Assembly: GCA_015487905.1 (NCBI GenBank)
Contig: WFOX01000084.1
Span: 1 to 34,821, forward strand
Origin: Mariprofundales bacterium
GTDB taxonomy: Bacteria; Pseudomonadota; Zetaproteobacteria; Mariprofundales; S012-25
DNA length: 34,821 bases
Direction: 5' to 3'
Shown: positions 26,879 to 34,821 of the stretch, in pieces
Numbering within the stretch: position 1 is the first letter of the stretch
Layout of the letters: every line of letters starts with the position of its first letter
The notes under the pieces: model-generated
Database searches by the model: none
What the model was told of the DNA's origin: nothing
What the model saw: only the letters and a program-made list of their open reading frames with translations
Program-made: the position numbers and the translations under genes

Positions 26879-28047
26879 AGGCGCGCGTGGTGCTCATCGC
26901 CTCGCCTTGCGGGCGCTGGTGGATGCGCGCCGAAGACGGGGCGCTTGCGGAGCTCCCTTTGGATGAAGCGGGGCTTCCTGTGCTGCCTGAAGGCGCCGAG
27001 GTGGTGCGCAGTTGGCTTCCGATTGAGTGGTCGTTGGTCGTGCCGCTGGTGCTGCCGCGCATGCGCCCGCAAGCGCTGGATGCCGAGGTCATCGCCGAGG
27101 AAGCCGAGGAAAAGCTCGGCATGGCGCCCGAGGGTTGGCGCTGGTGCTGGCATGCGCGCATCGCGGATGAGCAGTTGGTGGGGCTTGCCTTCGGCATCCA
27201 AGAGGGGCTTTGGCAAAGGCTCGTGGCGCATGGGCTTGCTGCGCTTGGCATAGACGCGCTTGCGGTGCTGGCGGCCGTGCGCGCGAATGACGAGCCGCAG
27301 GGGGTCATCGCCGAGGATCCCGAAGGCATTTGGGTGGGTTTTTGGGACGGGAAACTCTGGCGCGGCGCTTTGCGCCTGGGCTGTTTCCCGCAAGCGCGGC
27401 GCTGGGAAGAGGCAAGGCGCGCACTTGCGGGCATGGGATGGCAGGAGGGCATGCCCGTCTTTGGTTGCGTGGGCGAAGACGCGCCTTCGTGGATCCAGCG
27501 GCGGGGGGATGCGTTCGCCTCGCGCTGCAAGGCCGTCGCCGCAGGCGCCACAAGCCTTCCCGTGCCGGGATGGCAAGTGGACACGGCGCGCCATGCGCGC
27601 AAGTGGCGCGCGGCGTTGGCTTTCGCGGCGCTTGCGTTTGCGACATTTGTCGCCGAGCGGATGTGGGAGGTGCATCTCTTGCGCGCGCGCGCGGCGCTTT
27701 ATGAAGCGCAAATCCAAGAAAGCGTGCGCAAGGCGCTGCCGGGCGTGCCGATCGTGGATCCGCTTTTGCAACTGCGGCGCGCGGCCGGCAAGGAAAGCCC
27801 AAGCACGGCGAAGCTCTTTGCGATGCTCGCTGCGGCCGCGCGCGCCCGCAAGGACGCCCAGATAGAGATGTTCTCGTTTCAGGCGGGCGAAGGCGCGGTG
27901 CTTGCGGGCACCGTGCCGAACTTGGAGGCGCTTGCCGCCTTGCGCGCGCGTCTTGGCCGAGCGTGGCCGCAAGGCGTGCAGCTGTTGGACAGCGAAGCGC
28001 GCGCGGGCAAGGTGCGCTTTCGCATTCGGCTTGAGGCAGGGCGATGA
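26875..28047 (+). CDS. gspL: T2SS inner-membrane protein L
   Basis: The tail of track ORF 26587..28047 from MKARVVLIASP. A cytoplasmic actin-like region is followed by a single TM (WRAALAFAALAFATFVAE) and a periplasmic domain. Assignment rests on position between gspK and gspM. Confidence 0.75.
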   Translation: MKARVVLIASPCGRWWMRAEDGALAELPLDEAGLPVLPEGAEVVRSWLPIEWSLVVPLVLPRMRPQALDAEVIAEEAEEKLGMAPEGWRWCWHARIADEQLVGLAFGIQEGLWQRLVAHGLAALGIDALAVLAAVRANDEPQGVIAEDPEGIWVGFWDGKLWRGALRLGCFPQARRWEEARRALAGMGWQEGMPVFGCVGEDAPSWIQRRGDAFASRCKAVAAGATSLPVPGWQVDTARHARKWRAALAFAALAFATFVAERMWEVHLLRARAALYEAQIQESVRKALPGVPIVDPLLQLRRAAGKESPSTAKLFAMLAAAARARKDAQIEMFSFQAGEGAVLAGTVPNLEALAALRARLGRAWPQGVQLLDSEARAGKVRFRIRLEAGR

Positions 28048-28532
28048 TGCGCGCGCTTTGGGCGAGGGCGCGGGAGCTTTGGCAGGCGCGCTCGCGGCGC
28101 GAGCAGGTGCTTTTGGGAATGGTGGCCTTGCTGGCCGTTGTGGTGGCATGGGATCGCTTGGTGTGGACGCCGCTTGCCCAAACGCGCGCGGCACTCCTTG
28201 CGCGCGTGCCTGAGCTTGCGCGACAAGCGGCCGAGGCGGAAGCGCTTGCCATGCGCGTGCGCGCGCGCGGCCACAAGCCTGCGCAGCAAAAGCCGCTTTT
28301 GCCGCTTGTGGAGGAAGAGCTCAACCGTGCGGGCCTGCGAAAGGCGCTCGTGCGCCTACGTCCGGAGCCTGGTGAGCGCGCGCGCTTTTTGCTGGAGCTG
28401 CGCAATGCGCCGTTTTTGGCGCTTGTGCGCTTCATCAAGGCGCTTGGGGAGGCGGGCGTGGATACCGCTTCCTTGCGCTTGGAGCGCGCATCTTCAGGCC
28501 GCGTGCATGCGCGCGTCGTCGTGGAACGCTAG
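28044..28532 (+). CDS. gspM: T2SS inner-membrane protein M
   Basis: 162 aa with an N-terminal TM (VLLGMVALLAVVVAW). Size and position fit GspM. ATGA overlap with gspL. Confidence 0.7.
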   Translation: MMRALWARARELWQARSRREQVLLGMVALLAVVVAWDRLVWTPLAQTRAALLARVPELARQAAEAEALAMRVRARGHKPAQQKPLLPLVEEELNRAGLRKALVRLRPEPGERARFLLELRNAPFLALVRFIKALGEAGVDTASLRLERASSGRVHARVVVER

Positions 28533-28536
28533 TTGC

Positions 28537-30057
28537 GTGCGCGGCTTGGCGCTTGGCTGCGCGCTTGTGGCGGTCGGTTGCAGCGCCCAAGGCGCGGCAT
28601 CCCCGGATACCGTGCGCATCGGCATCGCCACGGCTCCTGCGACTTTGGATCCGCGCTTTGCGCTGGATGCTGCAAGCGTGCGCCTTGCCGAGCTTATGCA
28701 TTGCGCGCTCGTGCGCATGGATCGGCGCTTTGCGCCTATGCCTGAGCTTGCCGCCTCATGGCATTGGCAGGATCCCTACACGCTTGTGGTGCGCCTGCGT
28801 CCCGACTTTCGCTTTCACAACGGGCGCTTGGTGCGCGCAGAGGATGTGGCGGCCACCTTGCGCTCCATCTTGGATGCGAAGACGAAAAGCCCCTTGTTTG
28901 CGCTTTTTCGGAATCTGCAGGCGGTGCAAGTGCGCGGAAAGCGGCTGCTTATGCTGCGATTGCGCAAGCCCGAGCCTGGGCTTGTGCGCAAGCTCGGCAT
29001 TGGGATTTTGCCCCGCGAGCTTGCCCAAGAAGGCGCGCATGCGCGCAAGACCCTCGGCTGCGGGCCGTATCGGCTTGTGCACTTCGGCGAAGACAAGATC
29101 GTATTTGCGCGCGTGCAGGGTAGCGGCCCGAAGCGGCTTGTGTTTTTCGTCGTGCGCGATGCCACAACGAGGGCGCTCAAGCTTGCGCGCGGCGAGCTGG
29201 ACCTCATCCAAGGCGATGTGCCGGCCTATTTGCTTCCGTTTTTCCGCAGACGGGGCTTGCGCGTCGTGGCCGCGCCTTCCAACACCTTCACCTACATCGG
29301 CTTCAATCTGCGCAAGCCGCCGCTTGCGGATCGGCGCGTGCGCAAGGCGCTTGCGATGGCGATTCCGCGCCGCGCAATCGCAAAGGCGCTTTTCGGCGGG
29401 CTTCCCAAGCTTGCGGAGACCGTGCTTCCTCAAGAGCACCCCGATGGCGTGCAGGTGCCGCCTGTGCCTTACGATCCGCAACGGGCGGAGCGGCTTTTGG
29501 ATGAGGCGGGATGGCCGCGCGGCAAGGACGGCGTGCGCTTTCGGCTTGTCTATCGCACGAGCACGAATCTAGAGCGCATCGCACTTGCTGAGGCCGTGCA
29601 AGCCGCATGGCGACGCATCGGCGTGGCGGTGAAGCTGGAGCCTTTGGAATGGGGCGCCTTTTATGCGCGCATCCGCAGCGGGGATTTTGCGGTGTACTCG
29701 CTTTCGTGGGTGGGCGTGGCCGATCCTGAGATCTATTTTTGGATTCTGCATTCCTCCATGGTGCCGCCTGCGGGCGCCAATCGCGGCGGCTACCGCAATC
29801 CGCAAGTGGATGCATGGCTGGAGGAGGCGAAACGCACGCTGGATGCCAGAAAGCGGCGCGCGCTGTATCAAAAGGTCGCGCGCAAGATGCATGAGGACTT
29901 CGTCTATGCGCCGCTTTGGCGCGAGCCTGTGGTGGCCGTGCTCGGCCCGCGCATTGCGCACTACACACCTTGGCCCGATGGGGGTTTTCGCGGGCTTTTG
30001 ACGCTGCGCTTGCAATCGGCGCCGCCGTTCCAAGAATCCCGCGCTGCGGCCAGGTAG
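28537..30057 (+). CDS. Orphan ABC-type substrate-binding lipoprotein (peptide/nickel family 5)
   Basis: GTG 28537 and lipobox MRGLALGCALVAVGC. Family-5 style segments include TLDPRFALDAAS, WHWQDPYTLVVRLRPDFRFHNG, FTYIGFNLRKPPLADRRVRKALAMAI and YDPQRAERLLDEAGW. No permease or ATPase genes are adjacent. Confidence 0.85.
   Translation: MRGLALGCALVAVGCSAQGAASPDTVRIGIATAPATLDPRFALDAASVRLAELMHCALVRMDRRFAPMPELAASWHWQDPYTLVVRLRPDFRFHNGRLVRAEDVAATLRSILDAKTKSPLFALFRNLQAVQVRGKRLLMLRLRKPEPGLVRKLGIGILPRELAQEGAHARKTLGCGPYRLVHFGEDKIVFARVQGSGPKRLVFFVVRDATTRALKLARGELDLIQGDVPAYLLPFFRRRGLRVVAAPSNTFTYIGFNLRKPPLADRRVRKALAMAIPRRAIAKALFGGLPKLAETVLPQEHPDGVQVPPVPYDPQRAERLLDEAGWPRGKDGVRFRLVYRTSTNLERIALAEAVQAAWRRIGVAVKLEPLEWGAFYARIRSGDFAVYSLSWVGVADPEIYFWILHSSMVPPAGANRGGYRNPQVDAWLEEAKRTLDARKRRALYQKVARKMHEDFVYAPLWREPVVAVLGPRIAHYTPWPDGGFRGLLTLRLQSAPPFQESRAAAR
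30010..30037 (+). promoter_or_regulatory. Possible sigma70 promoter for tRNA-Phe embedded in the 3' end of the binding-protein gene
   Basis: TTGCAA at 30010-30015, a 16-nt spacer, then AAGAAT at 30032-30037. The -10 element ends 10 nt before the tRNA 5' end at 30048. Confidence 0.3.
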
Positions 30058-30123
30058 CTCAGTTGGTAGAGCAGGGGACTGAAAATCCCCGTGTCGGCGG
30101 TTCGAATCCGTCCCTGGCCACCA
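30048..30123 (+). tRNA. tRNA-Phe (anticodon GAA), CCA encoded
   Basis: Cloverleaf read by eye. Acceptor stem GGCCAGG/CCTGGCC. D arm GCTC-AGTTGGTA-GAGC. Anticodon stem GGGGA/TCCCC with loop CTGAAAA. T arm GGCGG-TTCGAAT-CCGTC. Discriminator A followed by CCA. Confidence 0.95.
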
Positions 30124-30140
30124 GCTTTGCCGCATTCCGC

Positions 30141-30201
30141 AGACAAGCAAGAAGCCAAAATCTCTGCGGGCGCGAAAAATCCCCGCAAGCCTTGCTTGTC
30201 T
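30141..30201 (+). promoter_or_regulatory. Nested hairpin downstream of tRNA-Phe (possible processing or termination structure)
   Basis: A perfect 11-bp outer stem pairs AGACAAGCAAG (30141-30151) with CTTGCTTGTCT (30191-30201). It encloses an inner TGCGGG/CCCGCA hairpin. There is no following U tract. Confidence 0.35.
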
Positions 30202-30224
30202 TGCATGTGTGGGCGCGCTAGAAA
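30196..30224 (+). promoter_or_regulatory. Possible rpsB promoter
   Basis: TTGTCT at 30196-30201, a 17-nt spacer, then TAGAAA at 30219-30224. This would give a leader of about 100 nt. Confidence 0.25.
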
Positions 30225-30271
30225 GCGCCGGCCCTGCAAAGCGCGGGGAAAACACCCACGGTCGCCTGTAT

Positions 30272-30327
30272 CCGTCGTGCGCCGAAGAAGGCGTGCCCCA
30301 GGCGGCCAAGGATCAACGACGGAGGAG
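30272..30327 (+). promoter_or_regulatory. rpsB 5' leader helix reaching into the Shine-Dalgarno sequence
   Basis: CCGTCGT (30272-30278) is perfectly complementary to ACGACGG (30316-30322). That arm overlaps the first 2 nt of the SD GGAGGAG (30321-30327). An inner GCGCC/GGCGT hairpin lies between the arms. Confidence 0.35.
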
Positions 30328-30329
30328 CC

Positions 30330-31118
30330 ATGTCGCAGTTTGCCATGAAGCAGCTTTTGGAAGCCGGCGTGCACTTCGGCCATCGCACGCGGCGTTGGAA
30401 TCCGAAGATGAAGCCGTTTATTTACGGCGTGCGCAACGGCATCCACATCATTGACCTGCAAAAAACGCTCAAATACGCGAATGAAGCCTATCTTTTCATG
30501 CGTGAGCTTGCCGCTGCGGGCGGGCGCGTGCTGTTTGTGGGCACGAAGCGCCAAGCGCGCGAGATCGTGAAGGAGGAGGCCACGCGCGCAGGGCAGTTTT
30601 ACGTCAATCATCGTTGGCTTGGCGGGATGCTCACGAACTTCCGCACGATCCAGGCCTCCATTCGCCGCATGAAGGAGTTGGAGCGGCAAAAGGAGGAAGG
30701 GCTTTTTGCGCGCTATACGAAGAAGGAGGCGCTGCTTTTGGAACGCAAGCTCGCCAAGTTGGAGCGCGCGCTCGGCGGTGTGCGCGACATGGTGCAGCTT
30801 CCCGATGCGCTGTTCGTCGTGGATGTGGGGCATGAGGCCATCGCCGTGAAGGAGGCGAACAAGCTGCGCATTCCCGTGGTGGGGCTTGTGGATACGAACT
30901 GCGATCCCACGCCGATTGACTATCCGATTCCGGGCAACGACGACGCCGTGCGCTCCATTCGGCTGTTTTGCAGCAAGATGGCCGATGCGTTGATTGAAGG
31001 CGCGCAGTCGCTGCAAGCGGCGGCGGAGGGCGAGGAGCCTGTGGCCGAAACGGAGGAAGTGGCTGCCGAGCAAGAGGTGGAGGCGGCGGCCGAGGATACG
31101 GGCAAGGAGGAAGCGTAA
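30330..31118 (+). CDS. rpsB: 30S ribosomal protein S2
   Basis: Motifs [19 protein letters not shown] and [10 protein letters not shown], with an acidic C-terminal tail. Confidence 0.97.
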   Translation: MSQFAMKQLLEAGVHFGHRTRRWNPKMKPFIYGVRNGIHIIDLQKTLKYANEAYLFMRELAAAGGRVLFVGTKRQAREIVKEEATRAGQFYVNHRWLGGMLTNFRTIQASIRRMKELERQKEEGLFARYTKKEALLLERKLAKLERALGGVRDMVQLPDALFVVDVGHEAIAVKEANKLRIPVVGLVDTNCDPTPIDYPIPGNDDAVRSIRLFCSKMADALIEGAQSLQAAAEGEEPVAETEEVAAEQEVEAAAEDTGKEEA

Positions 31119-31991
31119 ATGGCGACGATCACGGCGGCGGATGTGAAGAAGTTGCGCGAGATGACGGGCGCCGGGATGATGGATTGCAAAAAAGCGCTCG
31201 TGGAGGCCGAAGGCGACTTTGAAAAGGCCGTAGATATCTTGCGCAAGAAAGGCATCGCCACGGCGCGCAAAAAGGCGGGGCGTGTTGCGGCTGAGGGCGC
31301 GGCGCTTGCAAAGTCCAAGGGGGGTATTGGCGCGATCGTGGAGGTGAACTCGGAGACCGACTTCGTGGCCAAAAACGAGCTCTTTCGCGACTTCGCCGAG
31401 CGCCTTTTGGATCTCGTGCTGCAGACGAAGCCGCAGGATTTGGACGCGCTTTTGGCCGCGCCTTGGGAGGCCGGCAAGAAGGTGGAAGAAGCGCTCGTGG
31501 AGCTGATCGCCAAGGTCGGAGAAAATGTGCGCGTGCGGCGCTTTGCGCTGCTTACGGGCGATCATGTCGCAAGCTATGTGCACATGGGCGGCAAGATCGC
31601 CGTGCTCGTCGCTTTCCAAGGCGAGATAGATGAAGAGGCCGCGCATCAGATCGCGATGCATGTGGCGGCCATGAATCCGCGCTATCGGGCGCGCGAGGAT
31701 GTGCCTGAAGAGGATCTTGCGCGTGAGCGCGAGGTGCTTGCCGAGCAAGCGCGCGCAACGGGCAAGCCCGAGCACATCGTGGAGAAGATCGTAGAGGGCC
31801 GCCTGCGCAAGTTTTACGAGGAGAACTGCTTGCTGGAGCAGGGCTTCGTGTTTGACGAGGACAAGAAGGTGCGCGATTTACTCGGCGGCGCCGAGTTGAT
31901 CGGCTTTGTGCGCTATCAGCTCGGGGAGGGGATTGAAAAGCAGCAGAGCGATTTCGCGGCGGAGGTGGCCGCCCAGGTCCAAGGAGGCTAA
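31119..31991 (+). CDS. tsf: Translation elongation factor Ts
   Basis: [37 protein letters not shown]. The gene starts on the base after the rpsB stop. Confidence 0.97.
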   Translation: MATITAADVKKLREMTGAGMMDCKKALVEAEGDFEKAVDILRKKGIATARKKAGRVAAEGAALAKSKGGIGAIVEVNSETDFVAKNELFRDFAERLLDLVLQTKPQDLDALLAAPWEAGKKVEEALVELIAKVGENVRVRRFALLTGDHVASYVHMGGKIAVLVAFQGEIDEEAAHQIAMHVAAMNPRYRAREDVPEEDLAREREVLAEQARATGKPEHIVEKIVEGRLRKFYEENCLLEQGFVFDEDKKVRDLLGGAELIGFVRYQLGEGIEKQQSDFAAEVAAQVQGG

Positions 31992-31992
31992 G

Positions 31993-32739
31993 TTGGCCGA
32001 TCCGGCGGGCGAGCGGCCCCGCTATCGGCGCGTGTTGCTCAAGCTTTCGGGCGAAGCGCTCATGGGCGCCCGAGGCTACGGCATTGATCCCGAGGTATTG
32101 GCGAGATTGGCTGACGAGTTGCTTGCCGTGCGCAAGCTCGGCGTGGAGCTTGCGGTCGTGATCGGCGGCGGCAACATCTTTCGCGGCATAGAAGGCGCGG
32201 CAACGGGTATGGATCGTGCAAGCGCCGACTACATGGGGATGCTTGCTACGATCATGAACGCGATCGCCTTGCAGGATGCGATTGAGCGCAAGGGCGGCGT
32301 GGTGCGCGTGATTTCGGCCTTGCATGTGAAAGAGGTGGCCGAGCCTTATATTCGGCGGCGTGCGCTGCGGCATTTGGAAAAGGGCCGCATCGTGATCTTC
32401 GCGGCCGGCACCGGCAATCCCTATTTCACGACGGATACGGCGGCAAGCCTGCGTGCGATGGAGATCAATGCCGATGCGGTCTTCAAGGGCACGAAGGTGG
32501 ACGGCGTGTATTCGGCCGATCCCTTGCGCGATCCGCATGCGAAGCGCTATGCGCGGCTTTCGTTCAGCGAGGCGCTGGCCAAGCGCTTGAAGGTCATGGA
32601 CGCCACAGCACTAAGCCTTTGCCGCGATCACAACATGCCGATCATCGTGTTCAATGTCACGAAGCCTGGCGAGATGGTGCGGGCGATTGCGGGCGAGCCT
32701 GTGGGAACGCTTGTGGCTGAGGAGGTGGGCGATGCCTGA
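31993..32739 (+). CDS. pyrH: UMP kinase
   Basis: TTG 31993 comes after AAGGAGG. Motifs [21 protein letters not shown] and [13 protein letters not shown]. Confidence 0.95.
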   Translation: MADPAGERPRYRRVLLKLSGEALMGARGYGIDPEVLARLADELLAVRKLGVELAVVIGGGNIFRGIEGAATGMDRASADYMGMLATIMNAIALQDAIERKGGVVRVISALHVKEVAEPYIRRRALRHLEKGRIVIFAAGTGNPYFTTDTAASLRAMEINADAVFKGTKVDGVYSADPLRDPHAKRYARLSFSEALAKRLKVMDATALSLCRDHNMPIIVFNVTKPGEMVRAIAGEPVGTLVAEEVGDA

Positions 32740-33277
32740 GGCATTGGAAAAGCGCATGGAAAAGACGATTCGCGTGCTGCGCGAAGAGCTTGCGGGTATC
32801 CGCGCCGGACGCGCGCATCCGGCGCTTTTGGATACGATTGAGGTGGAGTATTACGGCGCGAAAGTCCCGCTCAAACAGGTGGCGAGCATCAGCGCCCCGG
32901 AGCCGCGCCTGCTCGTGATCCAGCCTTGGGAGCGGCAGATGATCGGGCCTATTGAAAAGGCGATTTTGGCTTCCGACTTGGGGCTCACCCCGAGCAACGA
33001 TGGCGCCGTGATCCGCTTGAAGCTTCCTGAGCTTACGGAAGATCGGCGGCGCGAGCTCGTCAAGCAGGCCCATCAGCTTGGCGAAAAAGCGAAGGTGGCG
33101 ATTCGCAACATCCGCCGCGAGGCCAACGAGGAGGTCAAGCGCCGCCAGAAGGAGGGCGAGATCTCCGAGGACGAGGCGAGAAGGGAGCTTGAGCGGATCC
33201 AAAAGACGACGGATCGCTTCGTCGCCAAGGTGGACGAACTCGTCGCCCACAAGGAACAAGACATCCTGTCCATCTGA
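32732..33277 (+). CDS. frr: Ribosome recycling factor
   Basis: Motifs [19 protein letters not shown] and [14 protein letters not shown]. It overlaps the pyrH end by 8 nt. Confidence 0.95.
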   Translation: MPEALEKRMEKTIRVLREELAGIRAGRAHPALLDTIEVEYYGAKVPLKQVASISAPEPRLLVIQPWERQMIGPIEKAILASDLGLTPSNDGAVIRLKLPELTEDRRRELVKQAHQLGEKAKVAIRNIRREANEEVKRRQKEGEISEDEARRELERIQKTTDRFVAKVDELVAHKEQDILSI

Positions 33278-34011
33278 TGCCCCAACCCAAACGGCCCCGC
33301 CACCTCGGCGTGATCATGGACGGCAACGGGCGCTGGGCGCGGGCGCGGGGCCTGCCGCGGCTTGCGGGGCATCGCGAAGGTGCCGCGCGCGCGCGCGACA
33401 TCGTGCGCTGGGCGGCCGATGCAGGCATCGCCGAGATTTCGCTCTATGCGTTTTCCACCGAGAACTGGGCGCGCCCCGAAGAGGAGGTGCGCGGGCTGAT
33501 GGCCTTGCTTGCGCAGCTTTTGCCGCGCGAGATCCCGGAGATGCAGAAAGAGGGCGTGCGGCTGGTTGCGCTCGGCGATGTGGATCGTTTGCCCGCGCGG
33601 GCGCGGCGCGCATTGCAACGCGCGATCGCGGCCACGCGGGAAAACCGCCGTATTACGCTTGCGCTTTGCCTCAACTACGGCGGACAGCAGGAGATCGTGG
33701 AGGGTGTCAAGCGCGCGCTTGCTTGGGCGCTCGCTGCGGAGGACCCGCAGGCGCGCATTGCGGAGCTCACACCTGAACGCTTTCGGCGCTTTCTTTGGCG
33801 CGCCGAGCTGGCGCCTGTGGATCTCATCATCCGCACGGGCGGCGAGCTGCGCATCTCCAACTTTCATCTTTGGGATGCGGCCTATGCGGAGCTTTACTTT
33901 ACGGACACGCTTTGGCCGGACTTTACGCGCGCGGAGTTTGAGCAAGCGCTTGCCGACTTTGCCGCGCGCGAGCGGCGCTTTGGGCGCATCAGCGAGCAGG
34001 TGCGCCGATGA
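33277..34011 (+). CDS. uppS: Undecaprenyl diphosphate synthase
   Basis: Motifs HLGVIMDGNGRWA, FSTENW and IRTGGELRISNFHLW. Confidence 0.95.
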   Translation: MPQPKRPRHLGVIMDGNGRWARARGLPRLAGHREGAARARDIVRWAADAGIAEISLYAFSTENWARPEEEVRGLMALLAQLLPREIPEMQKEGVRLVALGDVDRLPARARRALQRAIAATRENRRITLALCLNYGGQQEIVEGVKRALAWALAAEDPQARIAELTPERFRRFLWRAELAPVDLIIRTGGELRISNFHLWDAAYAELYFTDTLWPDFTRAEFEQALADFAARERRFGRISEQVRR

Positions 34012-34787
34012 AGGAAACACTCGTGCGCACGGCCACAGCCCTCGTGTTGCTTGTGCTCGTGGCGCTTTGGTTCCTATGGCTTCCCAGCAGGGCCTTTGCC
34101 GCGACCACCGCACTGCTTGCCGGCATGCTTTGGGCTGAGGGCGCGCGCTTTTTGGGTCTGCGGCTTTGGTGGCTGCATGGACTTGTCGGCGCAGGGTGCG
34201 CAGGGGCATGGATCGTGCAGGCCCCGCCGGAGGCCGCGCTTGCCGGGGCGGCGTGTTCACTTGCGCTTGCGCTTGCGGAGATGCGCGGGCAAGGCGCGCT
34301 TGTCTTGGCCTTCGCCCAGGCTTGGATGGCGGGGCTTGCCAATGCGTTTGCGGTGCTCGTGGTGGCATTGCACGCCACGGCAAGCGGCAGGCGCTGGCTT
34401 GTGGGCGCGGCCTTTGGCGTGTGGGCCGCGGATACGGCGGCCTATTTCGCAGGCCGCGCGATTGGCGGCGCGCGCCTTGCGCCTGCGATTAGCCCGGGCA
34501 AAACGACAAGCGGGCTTGCGGCAGGGCTTCTGGCCGGCACGGCGGTGGCGGCGGGGCTTTGGGCGCATTGGGGACTTGGAGGCTGGATGCAGGCGCTCGT
34601 TGCGGCGTTCGCGCTTGCGGTGGCCGCAGTGGTGGGGGATTTGGCGATCTCGGCTGCGAAGCGCATCGCTGGCGTCAAGGACGCAGGGGATTGGCTGCCG
34701 GGCCACGGCGGGCTTTGGGATCGCGTGGACGCCTTGGCCTTGGCGCTGCCGTTGGGATGGAGCGTATGGCGCCTCGCCGCGTCGTGA
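34008..34787 (+). CDS. cdsA: Phosphatidate cytidylyltransferase
   Basis: A multi-TM protein with SPGKTTSG and PGHGGLWDRVD motifs. ATGA overlap with uppS. Confidence 0.9.
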   Translation: MKETLVRTATALVLLVLVALWFLWLPSRAFAATTALLAGMLWAEGARFLGLRLWWLHGLVGAGCAGAWIVQAPPEAALAGAACSLALALAEMRGQGALVLAFAQAWMAGLANAFAVLVVALHATASGRRWLVGAAFGVWAADTAAYFAGRAIGGARLAPAISPGKTTSGLAAGLLAGTAVAAGLWAHWGLGGWMQALVAAFALAVAAVVGDLAISAAKRIAGVKDAGDWLPGHGGLWDRVDALALALPLGWSVWRLAAS

Positions 34788-34821
34788 TCCTTGGCGCCAC
34801 AGGCTCGGTGGGGGCGTCCGC
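34766..34821 (+). CDS. dxr: 1-deoxy-D-xylulose 5-phosphate reductoisomerase (N-terminal 18 codons only)
   Basis: MAPRRVVILGATGSVGAS matches the Dxr NADPH-binding N-terminus. The position after cdsA is canonical. The gene is truncated by the window end. Confidence 0.7.
   Translation, partial: MAPRRVVILGATGSVGAS

Larger units (their letters stand above)
17770..28532 (+). other. Type II secretion system operon gspC-D-E-F-(2 unassigned genes)-G-H-I-J-K-L-M
   Basis: Thirteen co-directional genes in canonical Gsp order. Nearly all junctions overlap by 1-26 nt. No gspN, gspO (prepilin peptidase) or pilotin gene is present in the window. Confidence 0.9.

Noticed and set aside
28537-30057. The binding-protein gene considered as a divergent GspN.
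   Set aside because: Its sequence carries family-5 solute-binding features and a lipobox. It is about twice the size of GspN, which is a bitopic inner-membrane protein.
30141-30201. The hairpin after tRNA-Phe considered as a canonical intrinsic terminator.
   Set aside because: The loop is about 39 nt and there is no U tract after the stem. I kept it only as a structured element of unknown role.
29961-31775. A 604-aa minus-strand ORF.
   Set aside because: It lies antisense to tRNA-Phe, rpsB and tsf, which are unmistakable. Its composition is His/Arg/Leu-rich with no motifs, so it is a shadow ORF.
1-34821. The very frequent GCGCTTGCG / CGCAAGCGC-type strings, considered as a possible uptake sequence, REP element or dispersed repeat.
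   Set aside because: They occur inside coding frames as Ala-Leu-Ala (GCG CTT GCG) and its complement, and they follow the codon preference and the Ala/Leu-rich proteome. I could not count them rigorously. A genome-wide k-mer enrichment test would be needed to revive the idea.
1-34821. A search for CRISPR arrays, IS elements or transposases, integrases, prophage genes, toxin-antitoxin pairs and known defence-system genes.
   Set aside because: I saw no direct-repeat arrays and no recombinase, nuclease, reverse-transcriptase or similar motifs in any frame. The tRNA-Phe is not followed by an integrase or a repeat of its 3' end.

Overview
GC-rich, very tightly packed chromosomal segment from a Gram-negative, ubiquinone-making bacterium. 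The lptD-surA-pdxA, pabC-mltG-tmk-holB, cvpA-purF and rpsB-tsf-pyrH-frr-uppS-cdsA-dxr synteny looks Beta/Gammaproteobacteria-like. Almost every base is coding, and many neighbouring genes share 1-4 nt start/stop overlaps (ATGA, GTGA, TGATG). Content in order: (1) a minus-strand trio of a 4Fe-4S protein, a zinc-ribbon membrane protein and a Hanks Ser/Thr kinase cut by the window edge; (2) pabC-mltG-(DUF4911-like)-tmk-holB and cysM; (3) a beta-propeller lipoprotein; (4) ubiG, lptD-surA-pdxA, algH/yqgE, a flavodoxin-like gene and a tiny membrane protein; (5) minus-strand radA-cvpA-purF; (6) a complete type II secretion operon gspC-D-E-F-[2 extra genes]-G-H-I-J-K-L-M followed by an orphan family-5 solute-binding lipoprotein; (7) tRNA-Phe; (8) rpsB through dxr. 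I saw no CRISPR array, transposase, integrase, phage gene or recognisable defence gene. The best candidate for something undescribed is the pair of non-canonical genes at 23239-24200, between gspF and gspG and translationally coupled to them: a signal-peptide/3-TM protein and a divergent YidD-like protein. The second candidate is the Fe-S / zinc-ribbon / kinase trio at the left edge. Most of the window is ordinary core genome. All calls come from reading translated motifs and synteny; no searches were run, and start codons are best guesses.
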